DNA of 56,777 nt, filler included, from Sphacelaria rigidula (lineage: Eukaryota), in NCBI GenBank assembly GCA_964200075.2. It is 4 parts of 4 records of this genome, joined end to end, with 100 filler letters (N's around TTAATTAATTAA, not from the genome) between each part and the next. Parts side by side here need not be neighbours in the genome. Positions count along the whole stretch, not along the records: positions 14,221 to 28,339 come from CAXNAA020002449.1; positions 28,440 to 42,558 come from CAXNAA020002450.1; 2 more parts are not named here. One strand, written 5' to 3'. The notes under the pieces are model-generated. The model did not search any database. It saw only the letters and a list, made by a program, of their open reading frames with translations, and was not told the origin of the DNA. The position numbers were made by a program, and so were the translations under genes. Below, one piece after another: positions 25,271 to 38,384 of this stretch; within the stretch, counting starts at the first letter, position 1, and every line of letters begins with the position of its first letter.

Positions 25271-27064
25271 GAACAAGCTGAGCGAAATGTTGTTCTCGAA
25301 GGTGTTTCAGTTTCAAGGGGTACCCCAATCTATTTCAAACATGATGACGAAAGCAAAGAGTGCATGTTTCTTGCTGAAGAAAACTCCGAAAACGATCGTG
25401 CTGGATGAAGTCGACTTGGTGTTTCTGGTCGATTCCACCGGTGGCATGGCTGACGGCGGTGCTTTGGATCAGGTATGTGTCCTTTGATTGATTATTCACT
25501 TGGAGGTTCGCCAAGTATGCCGCTGCGTGTCACAAGTGACGTACGACTTTCGGGAATGAATGGTGCAGCCGAACACGAGGGAAAGTCAATCCAGTTCGGA
25601 TCCGTGTGATATGCTGCTGCAATAGGGCGAAACATGTAAAGCTCGATCCAGAAAGAAGGTCCCGCATATCATACGACTCTGCGTCGATTTACAACATACG
25701 TTTGCTTGATCCTGGGGCTGGCTATGCATTGATCACACGATGTCCCTGATCGCCCGGGACGCTTCGTGATCACGACCAAACTCTACGTCTTACCACATGT
25801 GAGGGGACGACCCCCTAAGAATCGAGTCCACAGCTCCGAACAGTCTCGCGTTCGCGGTAGGCCCCTGTTACCAAAGACAACTCGTGTCTTTCAACATCAC
25901 GGAATGTGTCGTTCCGTGATTCCTGGCCTGCGTGTTTCTTTTGTCAGTCGAAGCGTCAAATTAAACAGATCGTGGACAGGACTGAGGCTAGTCTGAGGAA
26001 AGGGAGGTCGATGCTTCGGGTTGGGCTTGTCGCCTATCGTGACGTATGGAACGACGGAACACCTAGGATAGAGGTGGGTATATTGGTGCGACGTGCGGCC
26101 GCAGCACAGTGGGAGAGCTATAGGCCAAGTATTCGACAGGACATCGCAAAAGAGGCGGAAATCTGACCGAGTTAAGACGTCGGGTGTGCCAGCACTGACA
26201 AGATTTTGTGTGCCTTGCGTGCGGTTCCCATCGTATTCTCAGTCTCTACGAAACGAGGCACTATTTATTACGGGCTCGTTATATTTTGTACAAGTGAGAT
26301 GTCCTTCTTCTCTAGCAGGGCATTGCTTGAGCTGTGATGAAGTGCCTGTCGCCGTAACCTAACACATGTGTTTCGATATTTGACCCTTCTGTTCAGTGTA
26401 TTAACACCTCTGACTGGTTTGAGCAATACATGCATGCCATCCCCAAAACCAATGACATGACACCGTTACTTCAACACAAACCTGACCATATTTGCATGAT
26501 TGTCTCGTCTGGACTGCTTCGCTTTGAAGATGGAGGTTCTCACGCCTAACACAGGCCGCGTTCTCAGACATGTTGACCGGTTGGTGGCGCAAGGGGGCAT
26601 GGATCTTGCGGAGGATGTACTGGGAGGCCTCCAGGAGGTTTGTCAAGAGAAATTGAGCTTTTTCTGCAAGTGAATCACGGGCGCTAGACGGGTGTTGAGA
26701 GGCGCGCTGTATATACTGTGATGTTTCTAGGCTTGTTTCTGGCAGGAGCTGTTGACCCTGACCTGACCTGGACTTGGTAGACGCTCACCTCTCCATCATC
26801 GGGATCGACATATGAGATTCCTTCCCCCGAAAATTTACGACATGGGATACTTTGCCATGTTTTTTGCTGAAAATCCGTGTGAAATCTGATCGATGCTTTT
26901 TTCTTCAGGTGTCTAAGTCGATGCTATGGAGCAGCCCCGACAACCGTGTGCTCATTCATTTCGCGGACTCCCCGTGCCACGGAAAGTATTTCCATGATAT
27001 GCCTGAGCACGATGCACTATACAATAAAAGCGGCTTAGAGACGGAGATGAAAGTCACTCTCAAG
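25271..27064 (+). CDS. von Willebrand factor A domain protein (VwkA/alpha-kinase-associated type), partial; exons 25271-25472, 25948-26073, 26530-26637, 26909-27064
   Basis: Phase-consistent GT-AG splicing gives VDLVFLVDSTGGM...IKQIV...LRVGLVAYRD...RIEMEVLTPN...AQGGMDLAEDVLGGLQEVSKSMLWSSPDNRVLIHFADSPCHGKYFHD. Start and 3' exons are not resolved. Confidence 0.88.
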
Positions 27065-28339
27065 GTAAGTACTTACCGGAGCAGAGTGACCAACGTGGTT
27101 GCGTCACGCGTCGAACCCCCTACCTTCTTTGGTTAGAGGCATCTGTGTAAATTCGACGGTTTCGAGCATAGCACAACACGGTTGAGCAAACGTCATTGGG
27201 TTGGAGTCGCAAAGACGAGCACTGTTCCTGATTTCGGCTCCGTAGTTGGCTACGGAAGACCAGCCTACCAAAGGGTCTGCGTTGAAATATGCCTACCCTG
27301 CCTTTCTCGTCCGTGAATTGGGAGAGACTATTCCCCTGCTGACCGGTAGTGAAGTAGTGGAGGCTGTGACCCTCGCCACACATTCCCTGCCGATGTACTT
27401 GGTTTATCCTTGACCCCCCAAAACAGGGAAAACTGGTACACCGACGAAATAACCAGGGTGAATTTGCTGATGCTGCGACGATATAACCCTGTTTCACACA
27501 CGGTCTAGAGGGCCCAGGTTCATCGCTGAGTGTAGCAAGATCAAGACCACGTGGTAAAACGCGCACGGCGGCATCGTTTATGGCGGGAACTGGTCTCCCG
27601 CGGAAACTCATTCGGCAAAAATACCCATCTATATCGCAGAGTGGCTTCGTAAAACTATGTTCTACATCCTATTTCAGCATGCTTCGAACTCGCTACTGCT
27701 GAAGGAAGCCTGGGGCTAACTCATTCGCTCGTGCGGAGATTTGGTCGGCCTCCGTTCTCCTGCTCTTCCCTGTGAGGGTTGGTGTCAGTTGGCAACCGCA
27801 GTCTAGAACACGACACTCACTGTGTAAGCTAGGCAACCAGGTTGACGTTTTTCTCCCGCTTGCGTTTATTATGAAATAACCATGATGGTGGTCGAGTTAG
27901 ATCATATTGTGCGGAATGGAGAGGGGATGATCGTGTAACGTAGTGTTTCACAGGTGAGACACCCATGAGTCAGTGTAACCAGCGGTTGTCTCTGGAAATG
28001 ACGAAACCAGAAAGATGAAGCAACACATCGATGCTGTCATCCACATGCAAGATAATTAGAAAGGCTCAGGCCGAACAATCTTAGTAGGATGCAGCTCACC
28101 CTTCGTGGGACTCGCCGAGGATATCACGGCGCTTCGCGCTTGGTGATCGCGAGCCTGGCCAGGTGAAAACCCGACATGCTCCGTCCTGGCTTTATAGGGA
28201 TGCGAGGTGAATGATCCTCTGACCACGGCATGCAGAATCATGGAGGCATCGCCTCCCCCCCGCCCTAGTGGATAAGATATGTAGGAGTTTCTTGTGTAAT
28301 GTATGGAAGAAACGTAATGAGCTACGGAAGGAAAGTAAT

Positions 28340-28439
28340 NNNNNNNNNNNNNNNNNNNNNNNNNNNNNNNNNNNNNNNNNNNNTTAATTAATTAANNNNN
28401 NNNNNNNNNNNNNNNNNNNNNNNNNNNNNNNNNNNNNNN
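28340..28439. other. Assembly gap with TTAATTAATTAA linker
   Basis: 100-nt N run; linker at 28384-28395. Confidence 0.97.
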
Positions 28440-28889
28440 GATTGACCGCTTTTCACTCTCAATCGTATCATCTACTCTCAATCTCACGAAAACACTGTTG
28501 AATGTGCTCGGTGATCGAACTACGTAGCCTAAGGACTGGGTACGTACGGCGGTTGGAGTGCACTCGAATGCACTGCACGAAACTAGAAATAGCGAAATGC
28601 AGGGTGAAAGGTTGCTTCCTGTCTCCTGTCTCCTGTCTCCTATCTCCTGTCTCCTGGGGACGGGACGAAGAAAACAAATGTGATGTGAAACACACCTGTG
28701 GGATTTTTTCTCGCGGAATCAATCCCATCCCTTCCCTATCGTAGCAAGCCTAATCACCCATGGGGTATTGTATTGTGGAACGATGTTCATCCTTTTCAGG
28801 ACAAGGTCCGAGATACGATCACCGTCACCCGCGGTCTCACGCTTTTTCTGGCACGATGCGTACATACGCCGGGAAAGCTCGGGTTGTTG

Positions 28890-29090
28890 CAGACAAGTGC
28901 TGTGGCACACGGTATCCATAGCAGTGTCAAGAGTGTCTCACAACAATTTTCTTCAGCGAGTGTTGCAGTTTTATTTTTCTTGGGTAAATCTTATGCAGTT
29001 TTATTTTTCTCGGGTAAATCTAATCATGAGACCACGGCTGGACCCCTGGGGGGTCGGTTAAAGTGCGACAATCAATCCATCGAATCAAAC
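28890..29090 (+). mobile_element. Retroposon 3' end with (AATC)n tail, copy 1 of 3
   Basis: catga.accacggctggacccctggggggtc.gttaaagtgcgacaatcaatc shared with 31780-31905 and 49005-49085. Confidence 0.7.
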
Positions 29091-29309
29091 AAGACGGATA
29101 CCTAAGCATAACAATACGTGGAACAAAAACAAATGTTCTGACCCTGGATACCGGGAGATTTTCATTGTGAGAGTATCATATCGTGCTGTTTCTCGGGACC
29201 GGTTCGCACAAGGTGTTGGCGTGTCGTCTTTCCACCTTCTGTTCAGTTTTTTTTTTTTTTTTCAGTTTTTCAAATTTTCCATGTCTTCATCTTTGTTTTT
29301 TTATTATTT

Positions 29310-29343
<34 letters not shown>

Positions 29344-29652
29344 CTCCCCCCCCCCCCCCCCCCCCTCCTTTTTTTCTTTTTTCTGTAGTTTTTTTTTGTT
29401 TTTTTTTTCCCTTTGTATTTCGTTTCTCTTCATTTTTTCGTTTTTTATTCGAGTGTCCTTCCTTCGGCAGGTATTTTACCTTCATTTACCTTGGGTATGT
29501 CGTTTCCTGTGTGGGTGGGTCGATATGCAAGAGTCGATCAATCAAGCAATCACGCAATCATTTCATTCCTCAGCTGGCCATTGCGCATGCATAGCAATCA
29601 TCACCAATGGCTCTCTTTCCATTATTCCCGCCGGTGTCCTGCTGACGCGTAG

Positions 29653-32600
29653 ATGAGGATGCTTGAGAACACCGATGCCGGTACCCTTCTCGCGGAACTG
29701 AGGGAACTGCAGCGGAAGCAAGTCCCGACCAGGGATGCGGATACCATCCTCAGCACCGTGCACAAGGCCAAGGTATCATGCGTACACTTAGTAGTAGTAG
29801 TAGTAGTAGTAGTAGTAATGGTAGTAGTAGTAGTAATAGTAGTAGCAGTACAGAGTCAAGGTACGATAAGGTGGGGGTATTTGGGACCATTTTCTTGCAC
29901 GATATTCCACTTCCGTCGCCGTCAGATCGCCCTCGTAATTTTGTTTTTCGTGTTCGGAATTATCCTACGATAGAAGGGGGAGGGGGGCAAACGCCTCCGC
30001 CCATGTCCGCGGGTTTTCACCGAAGGCTAACGATGCGGATGCTGATATCTAAGTAATTTTTTGTTTTGCCCTTGGCATTCGTTCAGCCCTAGAATCTCAG
30101 GGATTTGGTCCACCCTAATCCTATGTTTCTTCCTCGGGACAATCCGAGGAGGCCCACTAACGGTAGCCTCCGCCCAAGGCTTTGCCATCTGACTGTATCT
30201 GAGTCAACCTGCGATAGGGGGGGGGGGGGGTATTTTGGGCCATTTTTTCCACGAAATTCCATTTCAAATCTTCCAAGGGCAGGTCGAGCAGAGTATACTT
30301 ATTCTTTTGTGGGGTTTTTCGAAAGACGCACTTGAGGTATTCAAATTACGGTAGAGTGCTAGGAGTCGTGGCCAAAAAACATCTGGAAAGCGAAGGAGCG
30401 TAGAGCAGGGAATATGACACGCCTCATTGTGAGAGAAAGTCTCTTTATCTCCACGAATCGAAGACCGCGGGACAGACGAAGCGGAAATTTTCACGCCTTT
30501 GGCATGTAACACGTTTTGCAACGTTGAATTTTCAAGTGTTTTGTCAGGTATACCGGCTGAAGTTCGGGCATATTTAGAGATGGAGGGGGGGGATTTTATC
30601 GGAATGTTTCATAATAGTATGCCAACAAAAAATAGAGCACTTTCGGGTATAATATACCCTACAGAACACAACGTTGGAATTTTTCAAGGGTGTGTCGGGT
30701 CGGGTACAAAACCCGAGTATTTACCCCCCCAAATTTCGCGTTGTGACGGACGGTCTGATCTCCAAACTCCACCCAGATACTGGGTAAAGTCAGGTACGAT
30801 CGCATTACTCCACCCATTATTTGAGTGTTGTCGACTACGATCTTAACGCTCTACCCAAATTTCGGGGTCTCTTGGAGTATGATTTTTGAAGAATACCCAA
30901 ATGTGGGAAGTTCCCTACCCAACACAATCTTGGAGTTTCCGGTATTTTTTTTCGCGCAGTGCACACGACGTGCACAAGCAAACCCATCGCTGGAGAATGA
31001 TGCCGTGGCGAAAAAGCACCACCCTCCTCACGAACGGAGCGGGGAGCAAGAGCACGGTTCCCTCGCGTCGGATTTATTGACGGAACAGCGAGGCGCAATC
31101 GTTCTAGAACGCTCTGCCGACCGACGGACCAGCGTCGGTTTAGGTTCGCTATTGACGGACCTTTTTTTTCTAGACCTTGTCGACTTTTTCGGGGATTTTT
31201 CCAGAATATCGAAAGAAATATAAATCGCTGATGAAATAAAAGAAAATCTAGCGCTACACTTTCTGCGTGATATGTAGTCAGTATTTTTATCTAATCAATT
31301 CCTTGATCTGGTTGAGAAATCTGCTGTCACATATTTTTTCGGGGAGGGAATTGTTTTCCCTCCAGGAAGTGGGAAAAACCTGAAGAAAAAGATCAGACCT
31401 GTTAGTCGTGACCCTTGTGGGTTGTTTTGTTCTGCTATGCGAGACAGTGCATGTGTGATAAGTCCGTCATTGGAAACAGTTGTCCGAGATTTTACTCATG
31501 CGCAGAGACTTCGTTGCCAGCACGATTTTCCACGTGCGAGAAGTACGTACATGCTGCAACCGTGAAAGTGTTGTTGCCGGACGATGTCACCCTCCACAAT
31601 ATCGCCGCCAATATATATATATACATATATATTAGATCGGCCATTTCTTTCTGCGCGTTGCTTTTGTTGATCTTTTTACTATCATTATTTTTAAGGTCTT
31701 AGTCTACTGTGTCGTTCTGTTGGACTTTTTTTCTGTTCCTTTTTTTTCTTCAGCGAGTCTTTCAGTGTTGTTTTTGTTGGGTACGTCTCTCATGTGACCA
31801 CGGCGTGACGGACCCCTAGGGGGTCAGTTGAAGTGCGACAATTATTTAATCGATCGATCGATCGATCAATCAATCAATCAATCTAATCTAATCTAATCTA
31901 ATCTACAAGCCTCATGCGTATGTTACGTGTCAACAGTCGCAGAAAAGATGCCATCCTCGAAACAAAATTCCCCACAGAAGAATATTCCATGTTCACGTGA
32001 AAAACGTTTGATCTCACAACCCCCCCCCCCGGGGGCCGGGCCTGAGGTGCACGGTTTGCTGTTGCGCCCAAGAGAGAGAGGGCGATCGGCCTCTATTTTA
32101 TGTGATGGATGCTTACAATTTATTTTTTGTTTATTTTGTATATCTACAACAGGGGCTGGAATTCGACACCGTGGTGCTGGCTGACGATTTCATGGAGGTG
32201 TCCGACCTCCCCTGGGGCGTGATGAATGGAAAGTCTGGCCCAGTGTGTGGCTCTCCCAGCGATGTGGAAGAGGCAAGATGCTGAAAAATATAGATAACAA
32301 GATACTGTGAATATAGTCCCTCTTCTCGAGACGAATCAGAGATTTTCTACGGTTGTCGTTGTTCCCGTGCAGCAGTGAGCGCATGCGGGCGGTGTGGCGA
32401 CGAGGCTACGAACACGGGATCTTACAAATTGGGGATGTATCTTTTATTGGCGATGAGAAACCCGGAGAAATAAAATCTTCGTATCCGCACCATATGTAAG
32501 GAATATGGTTCCATTTTTTCACCAACTGATAGATATTGACAAATGCTACACGCCGTAGAAATTTGGATTTCGATCACCGAAATGTTGGGGGTCCTAGGTG

Positions 32601-34681
32601 AAAAATGAATTTCGGAGCCATTGTGGCGTCCGTTCGGACACCCGAAATTCCCCATTTTGTTTTTTCATCGAGGACCCTAACATTTCGGTGATCAAAATCC
32701 AAATTTCTATCGTGTGTTGCAGTTGTCAATAGCTATCAGTAGGTGAAGAAATGGAAGCATATTTCGAAGATTTTGTGTGAATACGAAGACTTTAATTCTT
32801 CGGGTTCTTCATCCCTAATAAAAGATACATCCCCAATTTGTAAGATCCCGTGTTTACGGCCGTGCGACTCGCGTCACCCGCATATGCGTTTTTGGGCCCG
32901 TTTGCTGTGTTGGTGTTATGTTACCCTTCGTGTGTGTTTGGTGGGATCCTTTCAGGAGATTTGTGCGGGTGCGCCGAAATGAAGCTCTCCCGTTACCATG
33001 TTCTCGGCTTCATGGCATGCGAGGTCAATGGCCGTGTGACTACGGCATGCAATAGCAGGCCCCTTTGTCTGGATGGTGTTGGGGGATTTTGTGGGACGGT
33101 AGGGTGGAGATGGAAGAGGTCGACCGTCCTGCCGCTGTCACCAATGAAGCCTTGGCGCGGACAACTGCTGCAGGACTTTCGTATTTCATTTTTCCTATCC
33201 CCAGTTGAACCCTTTGGCCGCCCGCACGGGTCATCTGTTGGGTCGGCAACAATTTCACTTGAAGAAAGAAAGAAAAAACACATTTACGACTCAGATGACC
33301 TATCCTCGCGATCAAGGGTCCATGTTGAGTCAGAACACGAACAACCGCAATCTGTCTTTGCCAGAATTTCCACGTTCCGCGTTCGCAAAAGCAGCACATT
33401 TGAGGCAATGTGCACCTATGCCCGTAACCGATTTATTGGCGTTTAGGGTGGTGGCGTACTTCGGCGGGGAAAACATTTATCGTGATGGAAACTATATGAA
33501 GAGTGACGTCGTTCATGATGGAAATTGTGAATGACGTGTGTGAGTCGTGCAGGAACTTTGCTTGAGATTGTGAGCGTCACACACCATAGCGCTGCATTGT
33601 ACCAACAGGGATAGAGAAGGGATTCTCGAGTCAACTCCTCAGAGCGGGTAGATTCCTCCGGCCAGTTCGCAGGGAAATGATGACGGCCGTGGCCATCGGC
33701 TGATTTCGAAGCTAGGGCGGACTTGCGTTCGGGTCGGCTCTTGTGAACAGTATTCAGCGCGTGGGGCGCCCCCAAAAGGGAGCTCTCGCTCGCGCCTATT
33801 CAGCTGAGAGTTCATGCTGAATCGGAGAGAATATCACGCCTTCGAAATCAACATGGTGAAAGTGATTCCTCACCTGTGCAGTATCATCAACGCTTGGAAT
33901 TCCCAATCCCCCCTTGCCACCCCCCCTTGCCCCTAGTCACGCTCTCCGCGTCAATCACCACCACCACCGCTGCGTCTATACCAATCTACAAAGACAGGTG
34001 AACATCCTGTACGTGGCGGTCACGCGCGCGAAACACCAGCTCATTCTCAACGCATCCCTCCGACAGTTCCTCACCGACACGGGAGCATGGAATAGCGTGT
34101 GCCTCAGAGGCGTGACGACCGCACACGGGAATAGCTCCCTGTCGCCCCGTGCTTCCTACCCATTGCTGCGCTCTGACAGTAGTGGCGACAGTGGCCATGG
34201 AGTACCGGCAGCCGCAGCGGAAGCACGCCGTAATGTTGTGCAGTGCGCCGTTTGCGGCTGTCCTGCTGGTGTGGGCGGAGGCGGCCATAATAGCATTGCC
34301 TTTGGTACCACGCGGCATCAAGCCCTTGCGGCGGTGACACATTCCCCTCGTGACATACGTGGTGCGTTAGTCAGGGCAGTGAACAGCAGGGTCGCTGATG
34401 CTGGTGCGGCTGGCGGGGGGGCGGGCGCGGGGGCTCAGGCGTGTGGAACGGTACGGAGAGCGGGGGGGGCGGTAGTGGGGTCAGGGATCGGGTTACTCTA
34501 TGCCCAGTGTGGAACGCTGCGTCCGCTGTGTTGTTGGTGTGTCGAGACGGGGTGCGCACCGTCCACGGTAGAGTCTGCTCTCCAGTCTGCTGCCCACGAG
34601 TACCTCGGGCAGGCGGAGTTTCCTGGGTTTCCGTACTGCAGGGCGCTAATGAAAGGGTTGCCTGATGGTGGTCTTGATTGA
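29653..34681 (+). CDS. UvrD/SF1 DNA helicase C-terminus, FBH1 (F-box DNA helicase 1)-like, 5'-partial; exons 29653-29772, 32153-32272, 33998-34681
   Basis: Spliced product ...ADTILSTVHKAK|GLEFDTVVLADDF...DVEE|VNILYVAVTRAKHQLILN... contains SF1 motifs V and VI; stop TGA at 34679-34681. Walker A/B exons are absent (gap upstream). Confidence 0.9.
29789..29848 (+). repeat. (GTA)n microsatellite in intron
   Basis: Direct reading. Confidence 0.9.
31750..31905 (+). mobile_element. Retroposon 3' end with expanded (ATCG)/(AATC)/(AATCT) tail, copy 2 of 3
   Basis: gttgggtacgtct..catg..accacggc...ggacccct.gggggtcagtt.aagtgcgacaat followed by microsatellite. Confidence 0.7.
32411..32854. mobile_element. 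Foldback MITE with ~195-bp imperfect TIRs in a helicase intron
   Basis: aacacgggatcttacaaattggggatgtatcttttatt ... aataaaagatacatccccaatttgtaagatcccgtgtt; pairing continues to ~32605/32660; flanked by TACG on both sides. Confidence 0.9.
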
Positions 34682-35236
34682 TTTTTAATATAGAGGTGTG
34701 CTGTGCGGTACCTTTTCGAGCGCTCCAGAGCGGGTTAGCCTGGGTGATGGTGCCGATGGGGTTGGTGGCGTCCAGGGGGATATGGTGTAGTAGAGATTCG
34801 CTTCAGGCCGTTGGCTGGAGTTCCCAGGTAGAACGCTAGTTTGATGAGATTCTTGTTTTCCTAAAACCGAAGCTAGAAAAGGATATGTTGAATCTCATCT
34901 TACGTGCTGATTTCTCCGCAGAAATTGGAATCAGACTCGACGAGCCGGGCTCGAAAAACAGGCTTGAAATGCTCGGCACCATTCGTCGATAAGATGACGT
35001 GTGTTTTTGTGTAGTATTATGGTGTTACGTGGTATCTCAGCGTGACGATATTTTCAACAAATATATCCCATCCCCAATTGTTTTCGGTACAGTACTACTA
35101 CCGCGTTCCAATGGCTCAGTCGATGCGAATAAGGGTACGTAACGAGGTGCACAGGACAGCGGTAAAGGCGCCGCGGGTGCCATCCGACAGCACGAGATTG
35201 CACCTAACCGAAGAAGCGAACGTGTTGTCGAGGTGG

Positions 35237-35362
35237 AGTACAAAAGAAAAACTCCTGTGTTGGCGTTCCTTCTGTGTGACTCCGGCTGATGCGCTCACAT
35301 GGACCGAATGAACGGCGTAAGCTAGCGCTCAGAATAGATGGGATGAAAACACACGCACACAC
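35237..35362 (+). mobile_element. 3' fragment of the tRNA-derived SINE
   Basis: aaaactcctgtgttggc.ttcct.ctgt.tgactccggctgatgcgc.cacat...cagaatagatg.ga.ga.aacacac matches 7483-7590. Confidence 0.8.
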
Positions 35363-35541
35363 TGCTTCTGCGCGTAGTATATAACGTTTATTATTGTAGA
35401 ATCCGATGTGTGTATTATCTCGAGAGAGACGACGGATTTGGTGAAGGTGAGGACATCGATCGTTTTCCCGTACTCTAGGAAATGTTCACGCCCCAAATCA
35501 TCATTCGCTGTATTTAATGTTTGGGTTTTAGATATACTTGA

Positions 35542-36226
35542 GGCGGGTTCCGAGGTAGGAAAAGATGAATACTTTTCGACAGGGGGGAATGGTTCTGTAC
35601 CACCCCCCCTCCCCCCCCCAACCCTTGATTTTTTTTTCACATCACCTATCTGTATCGTTGAGAGAGTGTGTGGAATTTGGAGACGAAAAGCGAACGTGAT
35701 GCCCATTTCAACACTTTTATCCTTTTTGAAGGCGGGGAATTCGCAAGCACGCTGGAATCGGCGATGGTGACGAAAAATCCCTGGTATCGAAAAGTAAGTG
35801 CTCTGATCGACCTGATATTTTCAGGGTGTGGCAATTTTGGGATGGGGATTACGAATCTGTTTTCATCTTTCCCCCTCGTAATTATTGCCAAGTGACAGCC
35901 CTGTATACGTCTTGCACAGGCTCGGCCAAGTCTCAGAGCTGCTTATCTAAGGAAGCCTGTGCTGATGGTAGTTTTGCTTTGAGCAAGCTTCCGACGGACT
36001 CTACCCCCCTAAATCGGCCAAGCGGAAGCAATTGCGCGAATCCTCATGAAAAAAAAAGTCCGGGAATGCGGCGAAAACAAATCTCCGCGGATATAAACTT
36101 TTTTCTTCGACGTTTTTTTAGAACCTCTTTTTTTTTGTAACGTTTCAGAGCGAATCGTAAAAACGTTTTTTTCTTTTTTTTTCCTTGATTCAACAGAAGC
36201 CTTTCATCTTTACCGCGGAACCCGCC
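35542..36226. mobile_element. Non-autonomous TIR element with TTGA direct flanks
   Basis: TTGA|ggcgggttccgaggta..aaagatgaa ... ttcatctttaccgcggaacccgcc|TTGA. Confidence 0.75.
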
Positions 36227-38384
36227 TTGAGTATGAATCTTATTCCGTACAACGGTCGGAATTTTATTGAGCTTCGGAAAACAAAACAGGGCGAAAAAAC
36301 TCAGGGATAATTATCGTTTGATTGGATTTTAGTAAGAACATGCAAATTATCCCCGAGTTTTCGGCTCAAAATTTTGTTTTCCGACACTCTCTAATCAATA
36401 ATCTCCTGGAAAATAGGGTTCAACAATGAAATGGGGTTCAACCCCCCTCACCAAAACTCACGATCTTGCCCCTAACGTTTTACCAACACAAGCGTTTTCG
36501 GATATCTTGTTTCTCTCAAAAGCAAAGAAGGTGTGGTAAGGTGCACTCATGAATGTGGTGTTCACGTAGTGTGTTGATGACAATCCCACGGAGGAGCAAT
36601 GGCGGAGAGGAACATCCTCGCCCGTTCCATTTGTGTAGTGTGTGTCTACTGTATGTCTGCGTTCGGCGATTCCCGATCGCTGGAGAGATTGGCATCATGT
36701 TACCACACATACCCAATATGTCAGCCATTTCGTGCGCACACTATGCACCCAGCGGCAGGGGGTTTGTTGTACAGCCCCCCCAAAAGGATCGGCGTGCCCA
36801 GGGCTGCCGCATGTGGACTGAAATACTCGAGTCATGTCTGTGGTGCTGACTAACGCAAATATCGATTAGAGACCGCGTTTCTGTTGGACTGGACGTGTCT
36901 GTGTGCTACACAGTTACACTTCGCTGTGATGAAATAGGCGATGAGCGATCACGTGAATGTCAAAGAAAGTTCAAGATATTCACGTGGGAGCACTGCCGCT
37001 CAGGATTCCAAGTTTATTCTGAGAAAATAATGCTACAGCAATCGCCCCTGTCCTCGTCGGACCGTCGTGGTCTCCGGCGGGCCGAGTCTGGCACACTGTG
37101 CGCAAATGGACGTTGCCCCCTTCCCGAGCAGCTTCACAGTGAGCGGTCCTTGGCAGAAGGCACTGTTCTCTTGAGCTCCGCTGTACGGTGTCTTGTGCGA
37201 CACGGCATGTAAAACCCAAGCGTATCTACTTCTAACATTTTATGAACCCTGACTGACGGTTGTTTCTGGTGTTACTGCCAGTGTTGACCGATAAGCGGCC
37301 GACCTAAACGACAACGCTAGCAAGATATACCGCTTGCTGCATCCACGCGGATTTCACATCGTTTCCCTCTAGAATTGTCATTAGAAAGTGAGAAAAGGAT
37401 CCGAAACAGTTTGCAGTAGCATCACGCATTATCATCTTTTCAAGACACGCAGCGCACAAAACGCCTTAGGTCGCCGAAATAGCTGCGGCAACACACCTAC
37501 CTGCGCCTTCAAGCCGCACACACGCGAAGTTTCAAGATCATCAGACACCAGGTGTGCTGTGATTGGGCACCTGATTTCCCAAAATATCACCTCGATGTTA
37601 TTGTTGATGTGGAATGAATGCACTGGAATAACACTGCACTGGGCAAGAAGATTTTTCACAGTATAGTTAGTCCCCGTAGTCTCGGGTTAGGTGTACCGAT
37701 CTTGACATCAGGGCTGCCTGACGAGGTGAAGCTCAAACTCCAGCCAGGTAGGTATACAACTTGAAAAGTGCATTGAGATGCCTACGAAAATGGAGTGTAG
37801 CAATGCCACCAGCCCTCCTGCTGGCTTCAACAGATATCCTGGGAGCATTTTTTAAGAATGCGCTGAGTTCTGTCGCAGGATCGAGGCGCCCAAAGTATTT
37901 GCCTCAGCACAACTACAGTATACCCTAACTGTACTGTGGGAGCTGGGATCACAAAAGCATGAACAATTGTTTTCCCGTTTTTCCGGGCCCCCAAGAAAAA
38001 GGGGAGTTGGCGGGGGATCGGGTCGACTTATTCTTCCGTATGATGTCCCTGCAGCCCCATCACTTCTCGTCATAACAGCTGGAGCTCAACAGCGAACCTC
38101 AACCCTTAACCTGCCCCATGAACCCAATGCAGTAGTATATATACCACCCTCCAGTCGTGTCTACGCGTACCACTTAGTAAGTTGAAGTTGGCTCACTTGG
38201 TTTTAGTGTGAACACCGGAATTCGGGTCTTCAATGGGGGCTGTGCTCCTTACGTGCCAAGATCGTGTCCCATTCCCAGATACGTGCATGTTCAATGTTCA
38301 ACAAGCGGACACTTGAGCTCTTATTGAACGGGTCACGTTTGTTTGTGGTTGACTTCTTTGGCTTGATAGCGTGTGTGGGATAAA

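Noticed and set aside
29245-29410. Poly-Phe/Pro hydrophobic ORFs
   Set aside because: Poly-T/poly-C low-complexity, possibly low-quality, non-coding sequence.
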